A model generated the notes under the pieces. The model was not told the origin of the DNA and made no database searches. It saw nothing but the letters and a program-made list of their open reading frames with translations. A DNA stretch of 62,013 nucleotides, the filler included, from Ionaspis alba (taxonomy: Eukaryota): the NCBI GenBank assembly GCA_964255285.1. It is 4 parts of 4 records of this genome, joined end to end, with 100 filler letters (N's around TTAATTAATTAA, not from the genome) between each part and the next. Parts side by side here need not be neighbours in the genome. Positions count along the whole stretch, not along the records: positions 1 to 15,480 come from CAXUUL010000376.1; 3 more parts are not named here. One strand, 5' to 3'. Of the stretch, positions 1 through 12,732 are shown in pieces; positions within the stretch are counted from its first letter, which is position 1; each line of letters opens with the position of its first letter. Made by a program: the position numbers and the translations under genes.

Positions 1-938
1 AATATCCTGCTCGGAGACGTTGGCGAAGACCAGCGTGACTTTCGTCTTGTCCTCCGGATTCCTGAATATCGCCTGCGCGACCTGGTACATGGGTGTGATG
101 CCAGTGCCTCCGGCGATGAGTGCGATGTGGCTGTGTTGGTTGGGTGCAAGAGGGTATTTGGAAATGGGGCCTTTGAAGGAGAGGCGTTGTTCGGGTTTTA
201 AGTCGTGGAGATGTTCGGACATAGGGCCGTTGGGGTAGCGTTTGATAACGAAGTCGACGTGACCTTGTTCGTCTGCTTGGGAAATGATGTTAGTGAGTGC
301 ATAGAAAGACATGTGGGAGTGGCTGGAAATGATTGACCTTCGTGGCTTGTTGGGGTGTAGGGGCGAATGACGGGCTTCTCCATTTCCGGACCTTGGTACT
401 TCGTGAGAAGAGCCGCTGGACGAGGATTAGCATTCCTGATATCGCCATAAGTCAAGCAAGTACGTACATGCTGTATGTAGTCCTGAGACATCATCACTGT
501 TAGGTAGCGCGAAGCGGAACTTCTTGACGTTGTGGTTGACAGTATCTACACTCTCCAGCTTCAGATCAATCCATCCTTGGTCGCCGCCAGTAAATGCCGC
601 GTTCTTTGGCGTGCTCGGTACAGCCGATGCTGTGCTGGTGGGTGCCGCGGTCGTTGCTGTTGCGCTACTACTCTGGCTGTAGTAGTAGTATCCTCCACCA
701 GCGGTAGCAGCAGCTACGGCACCGTAAAGTAGCACATTTGAACTGCCACTTGAGGCGCCTTCTGTGGCATAACGTCGGATGCCCTATCAGGTAAGATAGA
801 TTAGTGACAATATTTCCCGACTATTGGACTATCTGATAATTCCATATGTTTCGAGGGATAGCGACATAGGATAGATCTGAGAAAATGACGTACGCTCTTG
901 ATAGGCTGCGCTGCTCGGAAAAGCGATCTTGCCAACAT
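1..938 (-). CDS. MCR1: NADH-cytochrome b5 reductase 2, mitochondrial (multi-exon; 3' end runs off the window)
   Basis: ATG at 938 gives [23 protein letters not shown]... with a hydrophobic anchor ([18 protein letters not shown]). FAD-binding [21 protein letters not shown] and NAD-binding [16 protein letters not shown] are readable across GT..AG introns. Confidence 0.93.
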
Positions 939-1359
939 GATTGAAGTGTGATTACTATATTATCATGGATACTCTTCGATAGGTTTGTCGTGAAGCTACC
1001 GACGATCTAGGCCTGCCAAGCCTAATGCATTCATGCTTACGGGAACGAGAGTCTTTGGTAATGCTCGGTATCATTTCTTGGTCGAGAATCTAGGCATGAT
1101 AGTAGAAACTGAACTGATTCTCGGCCATTAATTATGCGAGTCTGTCTTCCACAAGCAAAATGCCGCTCATATGCAAGGGTATCGAAGAAGTAGCCAAGGA
1201 AATTCTTTCCATATATTGCTCCACCAGCATCTGTCTTCTGTTCCTCAGCCATGTGCGCACCATTACCCCAAAGTTCAAAATGCCAAACCACGGGTATAAA
1301 TTCAACGAGTGTATTTCCAGCAACAGTCCAAAGCTCCAAATGATTTCCTGATCTCCGTG

Positions 1360-2844
1360 TTAGAAGGAGCAAATTTGGCTAAATTTTCGGTTCGATAGTG
1401 GTTGTGGGAAGACTCCTACGTCGACGAGCCTGAAGAGGTCCCACTCAGGACTGGCTTCCGTCTTCATGCACCACCAGATGTAGCCACGGGTATATTGCTC
1501 AAAGACTTCCAATTGAGCCTCGATGTATCCTCTCATGTCATCCTTAAACGTCTGCGTCCAGGTCTCGATGAAATTGATTGTGTCGCAGGACCCAACCTTC
1601 TTGGACCCAGGGTAGTCTCCGGCGTAGCGAGCACCAATTCCATAGCCATTGAGTGCCGCTGCGCAATCTGTCATGGCTCCTGTAAACTCGCCAACGACAA
1701 CCCAGTGGTCTTGGTTGGAAGCGTAACTGGCGACGTTGTTGCACACTAGTTGACGATGTTGCTTTGATGAGTCAGTAAATCATTCACACGACTGTACAGT
1801 ATGCGAGGTGTCTGCTTGGTGAGGAGTCTAACATACCCATGGCTGAAGAGCGACTTGATCATTGTTGAAGATCTGGTATTCGTGATGGTCGATGATGACT
1901 ACCTACATTAGCCTTGACGTGTAAAACTCGAGCCACATATCAGGACCTCCTTACCATTTTCAGCATCACCAGGTGCAAGCACGTTATTGAAGAATCCAGC
2001 AGGCTCGAAAGCATCGTGTATGGCAACAGCTACCTTGCTCTTGGCCCGGACTCGTCCGTATCCGTCCTTGGAAAACTGAACCAACGCATCTGTGCTTGGT
2101 AGCTTCGAAGCTAGAGGCTCGTTGAGGAGCTCAATAGCAATCACGACATCTTGGTATTTCGGGGTCGCGTACTTGTCGGCGATCATCCCGATGACGTTCA
2201 ATGTCGTGTTCACGGTATCACCAGTCTCCCAGCCAGGCTGATTGATCCGATGTCCGGAATTGTCAAAGCCGTTCTGCGATCCTGGAGCGCCGTGCAAGTC
2301 GATCCAGACCTTCAAGCCCAGCTGCCTGGCCCATTCCACTGCCTTTTCCAGGTAGGGTGCAGCACCTGCGATGTAGGGCTCGTTCGTTTTCTGATACGCC
2401 CAGTCTATACCGACCTTAGGGATCTGGACTTCACTCCCTTCAAAGAAGCAGGGTGGATATACGTACAGCCAATCGGAATGCGAACAGTGTTGAAGCCAAG
2501 ATTCTTTACTCTTTGGAAGTCGGCAAAGGAAACCCAGTTGTCCCAGTGCTTTGTAAGGATGTCTTTTGCATTCGGCACCTTTTCACATAACGTCCATTCG
2601 TCGACCACGGAGCCATCTTGAGCTTGGAAGATTGAAGGTGTGATCCATCTCGAGGGAGAGTGTCAGTATGCAAGTAGATGGTGTATCAACCTGATGCTTA
2701 CGGTTCCAGCACAAGCCATCCTCCGATATTGACACCCCTCACTTCGTCATGGGCAAAATCGAAGCCATCAGCTCGTTTGAACACAGGCACGGCAGTAGCC
2801 ACGCTGATGACCAGCGCAGCAGCGACGAAAGAACAGGCTCTCAT
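1360..2844 (-). CDS. exgA: Secreted GH5 exo-1,3-beta-glucanase (ExgA/Exg1-like), about 5 exons
   Basis: Signal peptide MRACSFVAAALVISVATAVPVFKR, then RGVNIGGWLVLEPWITPS, VRIPIGYW, WIDLHGAPGSQNGFDNSG, IELLNEP (acid/base Glu), DHHEYQIF and VGEFTGAMTDCA (nucleophile Glu). Confidence 0.93.
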
Positions 2845-3874
2845 CTCGGCAACCTATGTACGGGAGAGAAAGAACAGGGAAGGAAAGAAGATTCGAGACA
2901 ATCTTCAGAGTAAGATGGTGTTGGTAGATGAGACAAGGTGATACAGAGGAATAAAAGAGTTGAGGTTGCTGGGTGGATAGAGAGGAATGCTGAGCAAGAA
3001 GAAGCTAGCTTCTTCGGACCACAACACAGACGCAGGAAATCATGAGGTTATAACCCTAGCCAGGACCAACAAACAAGCTGCTTCAGTTGAACGCTGCCTC
3101 TATGCGCTGCTTTTGCTCTGACGCCTGAATGATTTGAGAGAGACCCACAATCAGCATGTTCTTTAGGCGGGAGGCAAACAAGGCACAAACGACGGTGATC
3201 AACGAAACATGCATATGTGCCGAACATGATTAGTCCCTGCGAAACCCATAGCGGATTCAAGGAAGCCGACCTAAGCGGGTAGTGGGGGGCAGGGGGGAAA
3301 CCCATCATAATGTGTCTGAGTGGGTCACTTCGAACTCCCTCCTTGAGCCATAGAAGGCCAAAGGGGATGGGATGTCAGGAGGATGGAAAAGCGTGATTGG
3401 AAATGACGGCATTGCCTGTCGCCTTAGAGTTGGCGGCTCCGGGCTGATCCATGCAGCCGGCGAGCATCCACCCCTAATCTCCCACCTACGAGAGTGGCTT
3501 GCCGCCCATCTGATAGGCTCAACGGCTATGATCTTCAGGGACCAAATCAAGAACCAAGTACTGCTGCTAATTATAATGCTTGCCAGCGCAATTCGAACTT
3601 CCGAGTCCGTCTCGACTACTCATCTTACATGTGATTAAAGGACTTTCTACATAGACAAGTCTTCCTTGATTTCTAGAACATATGAAATAAGGTCCTCGTC
3701 TCGGTAATCTTGGTGATCGTTGTAGTGGATGGAGATGTAAGCAAAAGCCAAAGAAGACATGGCCATACCACATGTCGATATTCGATCATATGAACGCAGT
3801 GCCAGAAAATCTTGTGGACCATGGTTTTGTCTTTTTAGAAGCCCATGCGGAACTGATCCCCTGGACGTTGATAC

Positions 3875-4084
3875 CTGGCCACTTGACCGTCATCAAGCAC
3901 AGGACATTGATGCCTTGGATACTGGGTCGNNNNNNNNNNNNNNNNNNNNNNNNNNNNNNNNNNNNNNNNNNNNNNNNNNNNNNNNNNNNNNNNNNNNNNN
4001 NNNNNNNNNNNNNNNNNNNNNNNNNNNNNCTGGCCACTTGACCGTCATCAAGCACAGGACATTGATGCCTTGGATACTGGGTCG
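3875..4084. other. Assembly gap (100 N) flanked by an exact 55-bp duplication
   Basis: 3875-3929 is identical to 4030-4084 on the other side of the N run. Confidence 0.9.
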
Positions 4085-4278
4085 GATGACCACGAACAAG
4101 CACATTATTGCGCGCCAGATGCCTAGAACTCCTGATAGCTGCCAGCAAAATTACTCCCAAATGATGTCTATTTCCACATCAATATTTAATCCACGAGCAA
4201 CATCAGATGCCAATGCAACGACGCGCTACCGAGCATCACCAGCCCTGTAAACTAAACACAGTCAAAGATGCAGATTAT

Positions 4279-7200
4279 CTAGATGACCTCCGCAATCGAT
4301 TGCCTCTCAATGATAGATTTCTGTCGATCGTTCCTCGACACACGCCAGTAATTGTCACAAAAGTCCGCACACTTCATATACCTCAAGAAATCCTCGTCGT
4401 GCGTGATGACAATCAATTGGAAATTGGTTTGTTTCTGTCGTTCTCGGATCACCTGGTGTAGCGACTCAGCCAACGCCCTGATGTTGTCGCGATCCAGATT
4501 CGTCGTCGGTTCGTCTAAAGCGATGATCCCGCAGTGGGCACCAAAACACTCGGCCAAGGCCAAGCGGATGATGATACTTGCCAGGACTTTCTGTCCGGCA
4601 CTGCAGCGACCTCGCATGTCCATCTCGACGTCTTGTTTGACCATGCACACACGGTAGTTGTAAGAACGATTACCCTTGGCGGTCTCGTTGTCAGAGCGGA
4701 TCAGTATAGTGTCGACATCAGTTCCTTGGTAGGTGCGCTTCCAGAGCTCCTCGACGTTTCGGTTGATTTCCTCCATTTTGAGGCCATGATACTTCATGAT
4801 GGCCCTGGGTCATCGTTAGCATATGACCAGAAGCATAACATAGAGTTTGCATACTTGTCAAGTGCGCTGCCATACCGACCAAGGTCCTCCACTGCCGCTT
4901 TTGTAGTCTATCAGGAGCTTTAGCTATATAATTCACATACAATGGCCGAAGAAGAATTCTCACCTCGACCTGGATGTGAGTCTTTCTGTATTTCGCAGCA
5001 GCGTCGTGATAGTCCGTGTTCCAGTCTTTGATGAGTTGCATGAGTTGGTCGTCCTTGGCCTTCATCGTCGCCATCATGCTTGTCTCGTCCATGCTCAATT
5101 TGTTGTGCTTACGTTGCCACTTGTCCGCCTCTTTACGATGGTATTCTTGGTCCGCCTCAGCATTCTGGGCACTCAATCGTGAGATCTCGGCCTTGACGGC
5201 ATCGAGCTCGTGACGAGTTTTCCGGTACTTCAGGTTATCCGTGATGATCCTTTTCGTTTGATCTTGGTTCGAGAGTTCTTCTCTGATCCGATTGATCTCC
5301 ACAGTGATCTGCTTGATCTCAACCTCTAACTGAGCAATGTCTTGTTCAAAGCTCTGTATATCCCTATGACATCTGGCTAGTTTTGCAGGACCGCCATCTT
5401 CGATGTAGGCCCGGATCTCCTGATCGGCTCGCCGTAGATGCCTTACGCTGTCTGATAGACTTGTGGCTTCTTGCTGCAACTCCCTCTCCTTCTGCTCTCC
5501 ACGTTGTTTGATGTCATCGCGCTTTGCCTCCTGCTCGGAGAATTGAGGAGCAAGTGTCTCAAGCTCATAATCTAGCTCCTTTATCGAGTCGCGCTGTTCT
5601 TTGTTCGATTTCTTCATGTCCTCGATCTGTGAAATCAGTTTCTCCCGTTTTTCTAGCTCATGGTTGGCAGTCATGAGTTTGCTCTTCGATTTTCCCAACT
5701 CGACCTCCAGATCGCTAATCTGCTCTCGACCTCGTTTCTCGTCTGCTTGCAATTTGGCAAGGTCGTTACGTAGCATTCGTGACTTTGTGCTGACGGATTC
5801 GATCTCCTCTTGGATATCTTCCAACGTTCGTGCTAGTTCAGGATCTTGCTGTTTGGCCACCAGTTCTTTGATTTGTGACTGATAGCTAGCATGCTCGCTA
5901 CTATACTTTGTGATATTAGCGACTGCGTTGGACAAGGTTTCGGCGTCTCTTCGTGCTTCTTCCTTCTCGTCGACAACTTTGTCATGCTCTTCAATATGGC
6001 GGAGAAGACTTTCACGTTGTTGTTCAAGCTTTGCCACTTCCGCTTTCAAGGCTGGCAACTCCGTATCGGAAAGTCTGATCCAAGTATCATAGCTAGGTCC
6101 TGCATCTTTAGCTTTCTGCAATTCGCCATCGAGTTCTTTAAGCTCTTTCTGCAGTGCTTCAAACGCTGCCTTGGAGACTTGTTTTTCCAGTTTTTGAATG
6201 AATTGTTTAAGTGATCGTTCATCGTGGAAAGGTCGGGCGCAAAGACGACACGCTGGCTCGTCCGACCTAGCTACTTCCATACAGTCTCCATACCACTTCT
6301 TCAGAATGGCGTATCCGTCGACGTCGTATTTTCGGGTGTCCCGGTCAGACTGGATAGCTGCTAGCGTGTCAGGGTAATCCTCAGGTTCGCCTTGGATGTT
6401 TTCCCGAATGACTTGTGCTGAGCTTTCTAGCTCCTTTTCTTTTCTCTTGGTGTCCGAACGAATTGTCTTGAGTTTGAACTCAACCTGCTCAAGCTCCCTG
6501 TTGACGCCATCACGCTGCCGTTCAGCATCGACCACAGCACGCCTTTTTGTATCCATGACATGCTGAAAATCCCTTTCAAGACTTTCGACTTTCCAATCTC
6601 GACCAACGGTGCTTCGAAGCCTGTCTCCGTGGGCGCCTGTCATCGTTTCTAGGCTTCGTTGTCGATCTTTGGATTCCTTCTTCAAGTGGTCGAGTCTTGC
6701 CATATTACCAGCCTGTTTCGTGCCTTGGATAAGTTCTCGGTTCAGGGCTGCGCTTCTGTCTTCCAATGATCGGATTTCGGTGTTGGCTTGTTGAGTCTTG
6801 GTTTCCCAACCATTGCTTCTGAGTTCTTGCTTTGCTTTCTTGAGTCTTGCTTCAAGCTCCTCGATACTGGACTCGAGCGCCACTTTTCCGCCTTCGTCCA
6901 TTGCAATTGCCTTGAGCTCTGAGTGTAAATTTCCAGTTCGCCGATCGTTATTCAGTAATTGATCTTTCGTGGATTTCTTGCCTTCCTGTAACGCCGATCG
7001 TCGCTCTCTCAGTGCATCAAGAATGTCTTGTACCTTCTGGATTTCATTCATGTTGTCTCGACGAAGTCGCTCAACCTTTGCATTCTGATCCTTACTCATC
7101 TTGACGATCCGATCCATGTACTCGCCAATTTCCATGTCGTCAAGCTCGCCATCGTACCCTCGTATATTGTGCTCCCGGGCCGATTTCTTGATGTCGGCCT

Positions 7201-8611
7201 CCCTATCTCGGATCTTTTGCTCGTAAGTGGCCTTTCTCTGCTCGTGTTTGCCAGCTTCGACACTTTTGTCGCTCTGATCCTTTCTGATTTGTGAAATTTC
7301 TTGGTTCAACCGTTCATAACGTTTAGCTTGTTCTTGTTGCCGTGATTGATGGATTTTAATTCGTTCTTCGTACTGGTCGAGCTCTTTCTGCAGCCATTCA
7401 TCAGACTCGGTACGCTCTTTGAGATCGTGACTGAGATCTTTCAAATGTTTCTGGCACCAATCTTCGTTCTTCCGAGCAACCTTAAGTGATTCAACCACTT
7501 CCGTATAGTCAGCAACGTGCTTCCAAGCCTCTTGCGCTTGGTCACCGGCTTCCTTGGCCTGCGTGTGAATAGCTTGTGTCTCCACTCGTAGCGTTTCGAT
7601 TTCCTTGTGTAGCTCGTTGGATTTCTTTTCTGCCTGAAGAACGTTCAGTAATGCTGTCTGACCAGCTTTGTTGAGCTCGTACCTTGTCCGCCTTATCTTT
7701 GTCCTCCCTAGCGTGTTGCTCCATGATCTTGTACTTCCCCAACTCCTCGTTCTGCTTCTTCCGCAGCGCCTTGATGTTGTCTATGGCCTTGGTGTACTTC
7801 AGTGCCTCAAAGATTTCATCAAACTTCTTCTTCAACACGGAGGGTTCGCTCATGGGCCACAAGCTTTCGTCCTGGTGGCAAAATATGACCGAGTCAAGGA
7901 CGGCTTTTGAGACACCAAGATACTGTGGCAGAATTTGGTCCAATTCTGCTACGCGGGAAGAAATCGCTGTCCGTTCACCATTCTCGCTAATCATCAGCAG
8001 CTGACCTTCTAGTGTCTTCTGTTGTCTAGTTGTTTTCTTCACTGTCAATTGCAGGCTCCTGGTGGCCACCATTTTTGCCCCAGATGTGCTCTTGAAGGAG
8101 ATCTTGACCTGTGCAAGGACTTCTTTCTCGCCGCATAGCTGAAAGAATATTAGCTTCGAGAATAGGATCTTAGGAGTTGCACAGTACCTTTGGGTCGTGG
8201 ATGAATGCTCCACCTTTGCTATTAGGAGGAAGATCTCCTGTTGTAGCATATTTGAGACACTCAATAATCGTCTAGTATACCTGATCAGTACAATTTAGAT
8301 TTTGAAAAGCCGTAGCACGCACTGTCTTCCCAGATCCATTATATCCCACGATCAGTGTGAGCGGGCTGCTGAATTGGATAGTCTCACTCCGCGTGTTATC
8401 GAAGGACCGCACACTGATATGGAAGATCAGTCATTGAAACAGAAGCGTATTCACGAGATTGGGACTTACCCAAGAATGGCGAGCTTGTCGATCTTTGCTG
8501 AGAGAGTGCGATCAGTTTGAGTGTTCTTGAGGAGATCTTCAAACTATACGTACACCTGTTATCTGCTATCAGTTGGGGATGCCTCTGTAGTCTTGGCAAA
8601 GCTACTCACAT
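4279..8611 (-). CDS. RAD50: DNA repair protein Rad50 (MRN/MRX ATPase), multi-exon
   Basis: Spliced N-terminus [17 protein letters not shown]...[20 protein letters not shown] (Walker A), Q-loop IFCHQDES, long coiled coil with zinc hook CRLC, signature CSAGQK, Walker B/D-loop [11 protein letters not shown] and H-loop LIVITHDE. Stop at 4279. Confidence 0.97.
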
Positions 8612-8841
8612 GTTCAAGTTGGGCTATTGTGAATCTTTTGTAATTTACGATGATATTCGATGTTGACTTTGAATCATCGCATCTGCAGGCAGCCATTGGC
8701 AAATAGAGTTTCCTCGCGTCTGGCGAGACGCGGGGTCGCAGGTCTCCCCACGCGAAACCAGGTGTTCACACGCTACTCCTTACGGGCTTCTCCATCGGCG
8801 GCGGCATTTTCAGATGTCAAAAGCAGCAGTACCTTCTGGAA
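8612..8841. promoter_or_regulatory. Short bidirectional promoter (RAD50 / WC-2) with MCB/SCB-like CGCG elements
   Basis: 230 bp between divergent start codons. TCGCGTC 8714-8720, GACGCG 8727-8732, ACGCGAAA 8750-8757. Confidence 0.65.
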
Positions 8842-10420
8842 ATGTCCATGTTTGAGAATGCGCTGTCGTCTCATCTTTCCACTGCGGTGAGTTCTCGCAT
8901 AGTGCAGTGAGTTGCGATCAAGCTAATTTCTGGGCATAGATGGGAGGTATGGGAGGCGAAGATGGCACGATGACGGAGATGCTTGAACATGGTGGGGACA
9001 TGATGAATGGCTTGGATGTGGACATGTTGCCTATGAACCTCGATCTTAACCTCAACGAACATCAAGGCCACTCGTATACTGCGGTCGAACCGCAAGCTAG
9101 CCAGCAGCGACAACCACAACCTGAACCTGAGCCAGTGACAGAATCCAGTGACACATTGGCGAACGGTAATACAATGACAGGTGCAGGCGCAGGGCCTTTA
9201 CCCACAGGATTTGGTGCTCAGGCAAGTGCCAGTGGTGGGAGTACGTTGACGGAATTCACAAAAAGGCGAAACTGGTCGCAAAGAGTACTCGAGGAGTTGA
9301 AAGATTTCCTTCACATCCTTACTCCAGACGGACGCATACTCTATATCTCGCCTTCGGGTAAGCAGCTTACTGGCTATGAGCAAGAGGACCTGGTTGGAAA
9401 ATTCATTGTGGACTTCATCCACTCAGACGATCGTGTTATATTTGTTCGTGAATTCAATGAATCAATCGCTTCAGGCAACCCACTCCGCTTTTTCTATCGT
9501 TTTCGGAAAGCAGATGGAACTTATACCATATTTGAATCTCATGGTCATCCCCATCTAACATCTGAGGCTGCCGCGTTTGGTCCGAATAATGCCGCAGGTT
9601 TCTGCCGAGGTTTCTTCATGATGGCTCGTCCTTATCCAACCAAGAACGCAAACCTGCTGGATTCATTTCTTGAGCACAAGATTGAGAATGAGCGTCTGAC
9701 GAAGCGGATAGCAGATTTGCGAAGGGAAGAGCAAGAAGAAGCGGAAGCCCAACAGCGACATTGGGTGAAGAAACAAGAAGGACACAGCAGTGTGACTCCG
9801 TCCGAGACTCAGAGGACCGACTCCGAAACCGCCAACTCGGCATCCTTCGCATCCGGGCAATCTAACGACTATAATGGCATGCCTCCTCCCGCAAAGCCGA
9901 GTGTCTCTAATACAGCTCTTACCCAACAGAACCTGGATGAAGCAAATGCTATTTCCAAACCTGACAGTATAAATGATAAGATGGCTCGCTACGAAGGGGC
10001 TACCCATATCGAGACGATCGAAATGCTGACGGGTTTGCGATATCGTGATGGAGAGCGCTCACAGGGAATTAGCACGGGTGACGCAAGTCCTGCGTTGATT
10101 CGTGGTGACGCTGGGATCGCGATACCTGTTGACAAAGATAGCAAGGCTGCGGACAAGAAGAAGAAGCTCAAGGTCGCGGATGAGTATGTTTGTACGGATT
10201 GCGGTACGTTGGACTCTCCGGAGTGGAGACGAGGCGAGAAAGGAGCAAAATCGCTGTGCAACGCGTGTGGCTGTAAGTATCTGATCTTCTTTTCGTCTAC
10301 GATACTAATTGCAGAATAGTACGTTGGGCGAAAAAGGAAAAGAAGCGGATTGCTATGGCGCAGCAGACCCAGGGAGTTCCGGTAGGTGCCAATGTGGGGA
10401 AATAGGCCAGGATTGGCTTG
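8842..10420 (+). CDS. wc-2: White collar-2 / LreB / cutinase palindrome-binding protein (PAS + GATA zinc finger)
   Basis: [38 protein letters not shown] region, [26 protein letters not shown], and CTDC-x18-CNAC finger continuing after an intron as [10 protein letters not shown] (stop 10420). A probable short first exon starts at ATG 8842, with a GTGAGT..CTAAT..TAG intron before 8940. Confidence 0.95.
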
Positions 10421-12732
10421 ATATTCTGGGTCTTCCAGGATAATTGGTTCACATCTGGCGGAGTTCAATACGGCGGAGTGGGATTTGTGCTAGCACTGTT
10501 TGGCGCACGTATCCAAATACCCACAATCTGCTCGCAGCGTAGCTAGGAGTATTTGACGATGCACATTTTTTGTGGCGATTCCTTCTCCACCGCTGTGGAA
10601 TTAGAGATACCCTTGAAGTTCTATTACCAAAGGAGTATTCCCACTACGACCTGGTCTGGGAAGATTGAAGCAAGTCGGTTCGACTATCCCTACATACGAC
10701 TTGCCCGTACCAATCATTAGCAATACCGGGTATAAAACGAAGCACCTCCGCACCCTCCTCATCGCTGTCTTCTCAGCTAGCCGCTACCTGACCTTGCTTC
10801 TGTAAAGACCTAGGTATTAGATTGAGAGGTATCAAATAGGGTACTAATGAAGCAGGTCGTTAGTACCAACAAGGGCTCCGAAATCACACAGACCTCCTCT
10901 TGTGACCACCGTTGCTGGTTGGTTTTCCAATTCACTCGACCAATAGTTGAGGTTGGAATAAGATTCTCTGCAGCAAAAGCCATCGGTCACGGAGAGGTGG
11001 TGCGACCCGAAGAGCATGACGGGGACCTGCGTAGTGCTGCTGCACCGTTGTTGCCTTGTTGCTGAGCTGCAAGGCCTTATCAGCGCTTCTACAACTGCCA
11101 CTTCGAGCGCAGTCGACCGCTGTGCATATGACTAAATCCTTTGAAGAGTGTGATTTCTTCTCGAAAGGGTGGGGGTTCGAAGCTCCCATGTTCGCTTGCA
11201 TGCCAAGCCGCAGCTAGTACCGGCTACTATGAGGGCCATCCCCGATCTACACGCCGACACTATTATATGCTGGCTGTGAGTTGCTCTATAGCTTGAGTAT
11301 CCACCGTAGCAGAGATAAACCCTGCAAGTATATGCTAAATCTGGGCAGAAAGAGCCCCACGTAAAGAACCATCCGCGCTGCCAAAAGTGAATCAAATCAT
11401 TGCTAGGAACTCCGCCTTCGAGTCATGCCTCACTTTTAATGTCCGGCTTGGATAAAAAGCCCTTGACCTCATTCAATAGCACTCTACTCTCAAATGGCAT
11501 TCCGCATTGATGAAGAAACAAATACAGGGCTTCAGCAATCCATTGGCTATCGGCTCTCGAGCGGCTATATCAAACGATAGAAAGATAGGGACTCCATACA
11601 CTCAACCGCACGCTATGTCGCAGGCATTGTCCCTGCTTCACGGTCAATTAGGTCCTTGTGACTACCATGCATGCTATTCGCAGAGAGTCGACCGTACTTC
11701 GTTGTAATCTGCAGGCCTTGGTGGTGAATCCTTCGATAGAAGATTATATCGCGGACGATTGGCCAAAGACCTTGTTTGCAATACTGTGTTCGGAAGACCT
11801 CCACTTCGAGATTTTATTGATTTCCTGTCAAGCTGTTGTCTATTTCGATACTCATATATTTCTACAAAATGTATAGGATGTCAATAGTATGATTGACTGT
11901 CGTTGCTGCGTTAACCAAAGCTACTATAGACGGGGACTTAACATCGCCCACGAAGCCAGAACAAGGCGTACTCGCAATCCTGCACTTCAATTCGTTGGTA
12001 TCCGGACAAGGCGCGTGACAAATCACTTTCCACACTAATACAGAACAGCGGCACAACGCTAGCAGCGTAATTCACTCCGCTCGCTAGAATGTAGCTCAAG
12101 GGCTCTGCTTAAGCTCACAGCTGCTTAAGTATTCGATGGTCTTGGTGTGGGAGCTTTTGATATCCGCCTAGCTGATATACCCTTTGCTAGCCGAGGGTTC
12201 GGTACATTCGGACATCCTATTCTAGTGATGATCTGCAGGCACTCAGAAGTCATTATCTGATCTTGCTTGACTGACACCCCGGTCACCGTTACCGTCTCTT
12301 ATCTTGCATGCTTCGTCGAAGCTTCTGTGTGAATCTTAGCCGAATGGCTGTTTATGACCCATGTATGTGCTTTCTCGACGTGGGGTGACTGTGATGGCGA
12401 GCTTCCATTTCTACGCTGCCAAGCCCCAGGCTTACATGCTGTGTGTGCTCTGGATATCTTCTCTCCCAGTTTTACCTTCTTCATTGAGAGTGCATACTCC
12501 GGTGTCAGCATCGCACGCTTTGTCCAGTGTGATGTGGGGCAGCAACTGTTTCGTCTTGGAGCATGTACGCTCTGGGTACCACAGATTAATACACAACATC
12601 TACCACAATGATAGTGGTAAACGTCTATAAGAAGGAGCAATGGGCCCGCCAATTCTCATCTAGCAGTGAAATATTCTATGACCTAATTCTCTCAACATCT
12701 GTTTGATTATCTCGATTGCGGAGCTAGACACT

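Noticed and set aside
3759..4250. ORFs spanning the first N gap
   Set aside because: They are inflated by Ns and the duplicated flank. Collapsed versions are short with no recognisable motif.
10844..12652. Numerous 60-117 aa ORFs between WC-2 and the deuterolysin
   Set aside because: They overlap on both strands with no motifs or consistent splice structure, so they are likely chance ORFs in a long promoter.
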